From positions 65,038,001-65,102,000 of the forward strand of contig OZ024740.1 of assembly GCA_964016885.1 (NCBI GenBank): a DNA stretch of 64,000 nucleotides, in the 5' to 3' direction. The notes below the pieces were generated by a model. The model was not told the origin of the DNA. It saw only the letters and a list, made by a program, of their open reading frames with translations, and did no database searches. This stretch comes from Eledone cirrhosa (taxonomy: Eukaryota). The position numbers and the translations under genes are program-made. Shown here piece after piece: positions 54,655-64,000 of the stretch (positions are counted from its first letter, which is position 1; each line of letters starts with the position of its first letter).

Positions 54655-54818
54655 ATTTGAAGATTCAAATCCAAAGAGGGCTCGATAAGGATAAATATAT
54701 ATCAAATATATAAGAACCGTAGTGCAAATATTTATTAAAATAACATATTAAAGTTTAAGCAATCCCGTTAAGGGTGAAAGCAGCGATTCTTTGCTTAAAC
54801 TTTAATCTGTTATGTTAG

Positions 54819-54824
<6 letters not shown>
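54655..54824. repeat. Micro fold-back insertion in (TA)n with left-side tail
   Basis: ataacatattaaagtttaagcaa / ttgcttaaactttaatctgttat arms. Confidence 0.6.
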
Positions 54825-54872
<48 letters not shown>

Positions 54873-54914
54873 CTATATATATATATATTACTATATATAT
54901 ATATATATAAATTT

Positions 54915-54966
<52 letters not shown>

Positions 54967-57900
54967 GGACAAATATGAATCAAATAGTTGCCGCTACGTA
55001 AACTGATGATTTAATTAACTACGTATCCGTAGATTGTAATTGTGATAAATTATTAAAGTTTCTGAAAGTGCTATTACCACTATAAAATTTTATCAGAGAT
55101 GTAATGCTGTAAGATCAAAAGTTTCTGAAACACCGACACTAATATATCAAACTACACTCACACACAAACCAGCGTATACAAAGATACATCGAAATTCCGT
55201 GTATATTATTTAGAACAACAATAGATATTAAAGTTATATTTAAGTAAAGCCAATTCCATATATCCTACATGTATACACACAAACAGGACTATACTATATC
55301 CGTCTTGGGGAAGTATATCTTCTCATTGACTGGAGCTGTGTTGGTTTTGTTCAATGAATGGGATCCTCTGTTTGTAAAATTAATATAAATGAGACTGAAC
55401 ATTCTACTCACACGTGTAGCCTGAACATAATTCTTAGGCACATTTAGCGTGTCAAAGGGACTCGGCTGGACCTTTGAATTACAATTACACTATCATTCGG
55501 GCTTTCAAACAGCTTACATACACAATTTCATTCATAAGCTTTGGGTCAACTCCTGGTTTTAGTAAATAACACTGGTCCAAGATGCTACTCATGAGGATCA
55601 AATGCAGTATAGTATGCTAGTGAAGGGCCTGATTCATAATTTGTTCGTGATGTGTGACCATGTATACCTATTCAAATGCGTATATATATGTATACTACTT
55701 TTCTTGTCCCTTAAAATCTGTTGACGACGTACAGTATCTAAGATTTTTGTGGTGTGGACAGACCTATCCTCTCCTCAAAATCTGTGTTACTTGTGCACCA
55801 TGTATACATGATGTTGATGAGCATATTAATGTTTGCAAATATGGTTTCATCCCAACTGGCACTCTTCAGGTTACCTTCTTTGTTTACATTTTCCAGCATA
55901 AAATCCCATCCTCACAGAGCCACTGCTTTGGCAACTTTCAAATCAATGTGAAAACAGTAAAGTTGGTTTTGGAGGCACATATTCAGTAGTAACAGATATT
56001 TAAATACTTTGCAGGTTTAGAGCTATATAACCAAATGTTTAGAAAATAAGAATCCCTAGAAGATGACGTTAAGGAGATACAGATACGATAAAGACAATAT
56101 TTCAAGTATTGACGTAAAGAAAACTATCTTAATAGGCAAGTAAAACATATATTTTTAAAACCTTATCAAATCAATGATGATGAAAATGATGTCGGTGAGG
56201 TAAGTGGCGGTGATGTTGATGACTACGAAAAATACGAGGAAATGAAGGATAATGATCACAAAGATATGGTGAAAGTGGTGATTATATGTATTAGGATAAT
56301 ATATTGATAATGAGAACGATGGAAAATATGAAGGACATTATGATGACAACTATGATGATGATGACGAGAACGCTCACTAATCTAAGATGGCAATCGATGA
56401 TGAAAACCACCATGACGATGATGTTCATGATGTTAATGTCAGGGAATTTGAGGATGATGATGGTGATGGTCACTGAACTGATCGCTAAGATAATGATGTT
56501 AATAATGATTGTGATAAACACATACACACACTTTTTCAAAAAGATATATATCTACCAGACACACACACACACACTCTTACAAAAAGACATATCTACCAGA
56601 CACACATATACACTCACTCTTACACTTATATAGATTTAATGCGGTATTTTGTTAAAAAAAAAAGAATAATAATGATTTAAATCAAGGCAATTGTGTAGAA
56701 TATAATCGACATACCAAATGATTTTACCGGAATGGCAAAGATAGCAGACCGACCAGACTGTTGAATTGAAAACGATTGGCAATAGGGTAATATAACAACC
56801 ATCTCATTGTTCACAAATCCGGAATAATAAGCAAACATTTCTAGAAAAAATATTATTGACAATTTATCTAGAAATACCTTCGTTCAATGAAACGAGAACA
56901 CACAGAAGGAGTTAAGTTCGAATCTGTTTATCAATCTGTACCTAATGCTCTTTCTATGGAAGAAGAACAACGATTAATGCATTACACATACCAGGAATAA
57001 TAAAGATGATAGACATAATGAAAATTAAGTACTGGGTAACAGAAGAATCGCAGTGGAAGATAGAATAACAACCATACCTAATTCACCCCACCGAAAAATA
57101 TCCATTAAAATCGCTGCAAGGAAGAAAGTCTAAAACAAATTACGAAAAATATTAAAGTATTCTTGTTTAAGCAATGCATTAAACATATTATTGTAGTGTT
57201 ATTACTTTTGCTTGAGTTACGTCTATCCACTTATGCAATATGTAAACAGAATAAAACTGATTAACTCAACACAAGTAATAAATAAATAAGTAGATAAATA
57301 AATAACATTTTTAAATTTAATGTATAGCAAAAACTATTGAATATGGAGACAGGTCTATTCAACAGAAGGATAAAATTGTAGTGAATAGGCAGATCCATTA
57401 GGAGATCGGATAAAATACGTTGTGGTATTCGTTTCAGATCTTTGTGTTCTGGGTTCATTACTAGCTTGTTCTTTCCTTTGTACCTACTTCTCACTTTGTG
57501 TCTCTCACTCTTTCTGGCTCTTTTGCCGGAATCGGTTATATTCAGCCCTGGGTAAGTATTTGCTCAGTGAGTTTAAAATATCTCCTTTGGAGTCCATTTG
57601 TTTGGACCGTTGGATGAAATGTAAACAAATGAAGAAAACGAGAATGCGTACTTGTAATTTACATTATAAAAGTTACAAGATATATTGTACTCATATTTTC
57701 CTACACACAGATTAAAATAACCTGTTGCCCCATTAAAAAGTTGAAATCTAAATAAAGAAAAGGACATTAATGCGCAAGTGGAAAAGTAAATGTATAAATA
57801 GATATAAGTGAAAAGCGATTATATATTACAGGTATATTTAACAGCTACATATCTCCACAAAATTCATGACTACTTCAACTCAGACCTAACATATATGAAA

Positions 57901-59084
57901 GATGAATGGCCCTGATATACATGAGTCACATTGCTTGATAACACATTATTTAATTTAAAATGATACACTTTCAAGACTATGTGAGAAATAAAAATATACT
58001 ATTTAATTGAAAGAATAAAACATTTTAACATTCTTTTCAATTCTTAGAAAATGTAGAAATCTCAAAGTCGATTACTTTAAATAATAGCTTAGAAAATCGG
58101 GTAAAATATCCTCTATAGACTGGTAATAAATAGTCATCAGTCGCTACGAGGAATCGATTTTTGTACCATTCAAATTCCGGCTAAGTGATCTGTACATTTA
58201 AACTAAACAACCCATGACAAAATCTCCGTCTAAACAAAACGCTAAACGAACAGTTTGAATGAATACATTTCGAAAATAATCTATCAGTGTGTTGTTTTGT
58301 ATATTTCGGAAATGTTTACATTTAAACTGTTGGCTTAGCTTTTCGTTTAGCTTTCAATCTAAACAGACAGTATGGAGTGCTCAGCCAGATGCCAATTTCG
58401 ATTCTTCCCCGCATCTGCTGGCCAATTTTCACATCTGTAGGGGTATTTTATCCAATTTTCTAAGCTAATATCTATAGCATTCGACAGAGGTTACAACTAT
58501 TTTATGCGTTTGAGAGTTCTACTTTTATAAGAGCTGCAAACTATTCAATACTTCGATAGATTGTTTTCGAAATATTGTTTCGGGTACATAGCAAATAGGA
58601 TTATTCTAATTAATGCTATTACATTTACAATTAACTTTAAATGTTGATAGATGTGGAGAGTCACCAAATAAGACCAAAACAGTTTAATTAACCAATTTAT
58701 TAACATAACCTGAATTATTTGGGAGCTTATATTTTGCCAAACTCAGATGTGTACACCATTATATAAATTAAATGGGGTAGTTTCGAAAGTATTTCTACAA
58801 GGCAATATCGTAAATTAACATTTTTACAGAGAATGAGCAGTATAATCCATTCTCTGCTTTAACATTTATGAACATTTATATAAATTGGCTGAGGTATTAG
58901 AATTGGTTCTAGTGCGCTGAGATCAAAATCTACCGCATGCATATAATTTGCCTTTTATCCTTGAAATATCGATAAATATTGTACTAGTTGATGACTGGGA
59001 TAAATTCCAGCTCTATATCTCTTTCTCACTTCTCTCTAGAAGAAATCGGCTGGGCTCAGACTTGGAGTGGACCCGCTTGGTGTT

Positions 59085-59204
59085 TAAATAATTGTTTTAC
59101 TTTAGGCACGAGGCCAGCAATTATCTAGTACATTACTGGTACTTTATTTTATCGACCCCGTAAAGATGAAAGGCAAAGTTAACCTCAGCGGGATTTGAAC
59201 TCAA
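59085..59204 (-). mobile_element. 5'-truncated SINE family 1
   Basis: tttaggcacgaggccagcaatt...atcgaccccgtaaagatgaaaggcaaagttaacctcagcgggatttgaactca. Confidence 0.85.
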
Positions 59205-59370
59205 AAATAATCAATGCTGTCATGCATGTATCGCATTGAAACGTTTATAACATTATCGATAAATATTGTTAAATTTAGGTAATAATCTCTTCTATTGTCA
59301 CATCATTTTTTCTAAAGATATTAGTCCTGGCAATCTAAGAGTAGGTACTATCATTCCTCAATAAATATAT

Positions 59371-60130
59371 TCTTCTTCTTCTTCTTCTTCTTCTTCTTCT
59401 TCTTCTTCTTCTTCTTCTTCTTCTTCTTCTTCTTCTTCTTCTTCTTCGTCGTCCACTTATTTCTGAGACGATCGTCTGGAACGAGTCATCAAGAACTCTT
59501 TACAGCGGAACCTGTCCGGCTGGATCTCCAAGTGAGACCAAGCAAGCTCATGGATGTTATCCAACCATCTTGCTCTGGGTCTTCCCCTGGGTCTCCTGCC
59601 GGTCGGTTTTCTTCGTAAAATCTGTCCGGCGTCTCTTTTCTGAGACATCTAACCACATGCCCATAGTGATCTCTTAATTCGGAGAAGTAGCGGCTCTACC
59701 TTGAGTGACTCTCTGATCTCCGAGCATCACTTTATCGAGTAATGTTACTCCAACGACCCTTCGGGGGAACCCAATTTCAGTCGCCTGTATCCGCACTCGT
59801 AATTTTTGGGTCATTAACTAAGATTCATGAAGTTAGCCAGTTCGGCTTTTACTCCTACCTCCCTTCCTCTGATTATTGAATGCTCAAGCTGGCGCATTAC
59901 TGCACTAGCTTCTGCAATTCATGCACTTAATTAAGTCCCCTGCATTCCATCACTCGTGATCATGGCCCCAAGACACTTCCACTTCTCTACCTGCTTCAAT
60001 GGAACTCCATTTACATGTAAAGTGCACTCACTATGAGTGGATGAAAGTCCCAGTTTTCCCAGCACTGATTTCCATTTCAGCCATGCAGCACTCGGCATAA
60101 AACTTATCGAGTGCAAGATCATCTTCTCAC
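59371..60130 (-). pseudogene. 5'-truncated RTE-clade LINE with (GAA)n 3' tail
   Basis: CTLHVNGVPLKQVEKWKCLG (FKYLG-like) and MSQKR..GRRPRGRPRARWLDNI; (ttc)n at 59371-59446. Confidence 0.8.
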
Positions 60131-60873
60131 GAGTTAAGTAGCACAATGTCGTCTGCGGCCTCCGACTCCCACATTGAATAGTACCAATTTCGCACCATTT
60201 ATCCGAACAGAAATACTTGGGCATTCGTATAGAGACAAATATAAAATTTAAGAATAAATTGGCATTATGTTTATACAGATTAGGCATTTACTGACCATCA
60301 GCTATATTTTGCTTTTATCAGTTGCTTCCACAATTAATCCAAATATTTTTAGCTGTCTGATAAACATTCGTCACCTGTCAATTAAAGGCAAAATTGTTAG
60401 ATACTAAAACAATACTTTGTTTCTCGATTAGAGAATGTTATGACATTCCACTTTATTTCGAAGACAACACTTATCTTTTCTAAAGAAGAATCTTGTTTGT
60501 CTCCTCAGAAATAGAGTACCCTTCAATGAAGCTTCTGATATATATTTAGAATTGCAAGGTCCTTTTCGTTTTTAGTCGGTGATGAATGTACTACAACGTC
60601 AAAGCAGCATTCCCACCAAATGAAAATGTTTATTTCTAATGGTGACGTGTGTGGATATCTTGTCAAGTTAAATTAAACTTTAAAAAGAAGGAAAACATAA
60701 CCGGAAACATTAATGAAGAAACATGAATAAAATTGAAAGAATCCACTTTCGAAATATTTCATTACCAAAATAATTATATCGTAAGAAGATACGTCGTTCT
60801 TTTGTAAGAATTTAAGTCAATACATATATTTTGCAAATACTCTTAAATTTTACAATTCTCTACTCAAGGATTT

Positions 60874-60936
<63 letters not shown>

Positions 60937-61097
60937 CTCTTCCAGCATCCGCCTTCTCTCTCATACACATCCATGTGTCGTCAGAGTGCTGTTGAACGAT
61001 GGTGGTAAAATGTAACCCAGTATAATAAAATACCTTAAAGGTAACTTGAAGCCAATGATTCACAAAGGTATTGTATATTGAGAATGAGAGTAGATAT

Positions 61098-61285
61098 CAA
61101 TTGGCAGTATCGGTAGAGGGTCGGACGCCATGCTTTGACGCACAGAGTTACGGTCCTTGCCATTCTGAGTTCAAATCCCGCCGAGGTTTACTTTGCCTTT
61201 CATCCTTACGGGGTCGATAAAATAAAGTACCAGTAATTTACTGGGTAATTGCTGGCCTTGTGCCAAACGTAGAAACAAATATATT
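61098..61285 (+). mobile_element. SINE family 1
   Basis: attggcagtatcggtagagggtcggacg...ctgagttcaaatcccgcc...gtagaaacaaat. Confidence 0.88.
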
Positions 61286-62430
61286 ATTTTACTCTCATTC
61301 AGATCATACATCTATATTCCGTACAAGCAAGAAAACTACGGGAAATATAAAAACAGAATACTTCACGCCTTCCTAAAACGTTTACACATTTTGAACTCAT
61401 TTCTCACATGTTAACATAGATTTGAGTGCATATATTCTCCTATTTTGCCATTACATATGAACATCAATGTTACATTTAAATCTCAACATATAGTCTCTAA
61501 GTATTTTCTGATATAAAGCTATTCAGACGGTCACTCATTGATAGTATGGCCTTTTGCCCTCCCCTCGGTCCAGCTTCACTGGGAAAGGAAAACTGCGCCG
61601 TCCAGTCCATGCTTTATGATCTTGATAATAGGATAGTCCGTTGAGCCAAGTTCTACTCTGGGGTTCAGAGGCCGAGCGAAAATATACCAGACAAAATCTG
61701 ATACTTCCTAAATCCAATGAAGCCCACAAAACTGTCTACATGATAGAGTTGGAAAGGTTGGTGGATAAGGGTGTCAGGATCAGATATGCGGATACTATTT
61801 AAAGGTAAGCTAAAGAAACTTAGTATTAGTCGAGGATTTGGAAGACGAAGCAGTGATTATATCTGGTTGAAGAAGTCTGGTTTATGATGGTTGTAATCAC
61901 ATTGAGGTCAAAATAATTGGGTATGCAGTGTTTAAAACCACCCAGGAAATGTAATGTAGACTCAGTCTCGGATGATATCCGATTGGAGCATATCTGTAAC
62001 ATCTACAGAATGGATTCTCTTTCTTGAGCTGGGCTTGTTACTCATTTAAGAGCTCACAAGAATCAGAACTCTGGGCCCGATTATGCTTATGTCTTCCTTG
62101 ATAGGCCTGCTGGGTATTCTCGTTAGTTTTGCGACAAAGCTGCTGGTGTCAAGTGGCATATGGGAGTGAATAAAGAGCAAAGTACATCCAAGACGACAAT
62201 CCTAGGGCTTTATGTCTGTCATATGTGTAAAAGAGTATTCGGGAGAGAAGCAGGTTTTCAGGGTTATTCGCGGACCCATGGCTGTTCAGCAAAACGTCGG
62301 TGAAATTACCCTCTTCTATAAAGAAGCGGCAATTATCATATATATAGATATATATACAGGGTGTTCCCCAAAAATCTGTACATACATTAAAAAGAATGCT
62401 GTTGAAGTGTGTATATATTTTTGGGACACC

Positions 62431-62471
<41 letters not shown>

Positions 62472-62473
<2 letters not shown>

Positions 62474-62913
62474 GGATAACAAGGTATCGTTTAAGGTAAT
62501 CCAATTAGATGTTGTGAGTACTCTATACCGTGGATAGTTTTAACTTACGGCGTTGTTTGACTCAACAAGAAATTTCCTTAGTTAGGTGGCGAGTTTAAGA
62601 GAATTCCCATGCAGGTCGTTCTAGGTGTAATAATAGTGAAAGAGTGAATAATAACATGCTCGGCTGTACAAAAAGGCTTTATTTACAGTATTAACAATTG
62701 TTTCATTGATCAGGTGAGTATAAAGGCCGCTGATCGCTAGAAATTGGGTCTCTCGAGCTTAATTACAGTGTTTCTCTGATCAACTCATCGGTATTCCGAT
62801 GATTTGTTCAGAGACACACACAGCGGCTTTTAGACTCACCTGATTAATGAAACGATTGTTAATACTGTAAATAAACACATTTTGTACCGCCGACCACGTT
62901 GTTCTTCACTTTT

Positions 62914-62920
<7 letters not shown>
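62472..62920. repeat. Fold-back PLE end (arms about 62632-62732 / 62821-62920) with left-side tail; 3' half of an HHR
   Basis: atagtgaaa...tttacagtattaacaattgtttcattgatcaggtgagt versus actcacctgattaat GAAA cgattg tt aatactgtaaa...ttcactat. Confidence 0.75.
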
Positions 62921-62995
<75 letters not shown>

Positions 62996-63004
<9 letters not shown>

Positions 63005-63149
63005 GAGTTTTTTTTTACAAAATGAGAAAATAACCGAGGTGTCCTACACGAGTTAAAGTATAAAGAAAAAAAGATGAAATCGAAAATGCAACTGGAGTCT
63101 TATTAAAAAAAATATATATATATTTATTTGGTTCCTTTACCGGTTTCGC
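62996..63149 (-). mobile_element. Inverted family A PLE 3' end with tail, truncated inside the HHR
   Basis: Matches 37159-37331; stops at ...accggtttcgc. Confidence 0.88.
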
Positions 63150-64000
63150 TCCGCCAAAAGGAAGAAATATCTATCTCGACCAATACATTGACATCCTGTC
63201 TAAATTTCCTCTTAGACGTAATACTAATGTTAGGCCAAACATTAACAAATCAGAAATGTCTGCACTTAAACGTATACAAAATGATAAAACAATAATAATT
63301 AAACAAGCAGATAAAGGGGGTGCAGTTGTTATAATGGATGATGAATACTACAAGGATTTGGTTGAGGAACAACTGAAAGACACAACAGTCTATCATGAAA
63401 TACCGTCAAATATATACCACAACATCATGAAGAAGATCAACAACCTGGCTTCAAAATACCACAACTCACTTACTAATAAGGAAAGAGACTACATCACCAA
63501 TTTTGAGCCAAAACCCAGCAACCTGTATGGCCTACCGAAAGTTCATAAGTCAAAAGAAATACAACTGGCAGTAAGAGAACAAAACAGTGAGTACATTAAA
63601 TTACTACACCCAAAAGCCTTAAAAATTAGACCTATTATAGCTGGTCCAACATGCCCCACTCACCGTCTAAGCAATTTTGTTGACACTATTTTGAAACCAT
63701 TAGGGCAGTAGATTGGCAGTATCGGTGGAGGGTCGGACGGCATGCTTTGCAGCATAGTTACGTCCCTTTACGATCAGAGTTCAAATCCCGCCGAGGTTGA
63801 CTTTGCCTTTCATCCTTACGGGGTCGATAAAATAAAGTACCAGTAATGCACTGGGTATTTGCTGGCCTTGTGCCTAAAGTAGAAACAATTATTTTGAAAC
63901 CATTATGTATTCACATACCCAGTTTCATCCGGGATGATATCGACTTCTTGTCCCATCTTGCCAAAACCACGGAAACGAATTCACTTCTACTTAGTTTCGA
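63150..64000 (+). pseudogene. 5'-truncated Neptune-type PLE RT, interrupted by a SINE, running off the window
   Basis: IKQADKGG, LYGLPKVHK, IRPIIAG, THRLSNF..ILKPL; after the SINE the frame resumes CIHIPSFIRDDIDFL...LLSF. Confidence 0.9.
63703..63889 (+). mobile_element. Full-length SINE family 1 with 16-bp TSD (tattttgaaaccatta at 63687-63702 and 63890-63905)
   Basis: Exact direct repeats; removing the SINE and one repeat restores the PLE reading frame. Confidence 0.95.

Noticed and set aside
55580-56633. Faint RT-like remnant (55.6-56.0 kb) and Met-rich ORF 56304-56633
   Set aside because: Too degenerate to classify; the Met-rich ORF is decayed (GAT)n repeat.
61500-62330. GC-richer stretch, possibly an old LINE fragment
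   Set aside because: No diagnostic motif could be read in any frame.

Overview
This is AT-rich, microsatellite-dense eukaryotic DNA with no recognisable host gene. The SINE families and (TA)n density suggest a coleoid cephalopod such as Octopus (inference). It is almost entirely retroelement-derived: one near full-length but broken L1/Tx1 LINE sitting in an (AAT)n tract, RTE LINE fragments, two tRNA-derived SINE families, and at least seven Penelope-like element (PLE) RT/GIY-YIG copies. There are also many non-coding PLE ends inserted at (TA)n, mostly as head-to-head palindromes. By eye I count about 25 type I hammerhead ribozyme (HHR) motifs, many with the uncommon compensatory U3-A8 core. 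Highlights: (1) two diverged Neptune-type PLEs share an upstream ORF joined to the RT-EN ORF by a conserved in-frame U_UUU_UUA heptamer in exact -1 register (candidate programmed frameshift); (2) three terminally redundant, HHR-containing non-coding units of about 600-1000 bp look like retrozymes copied from circular RNA; (3) the palindromic insertions repeatedly have one arm with a 3' tail and one without, and several captured flanking DNA. All calls are by eye; no alignment or folding program was run.
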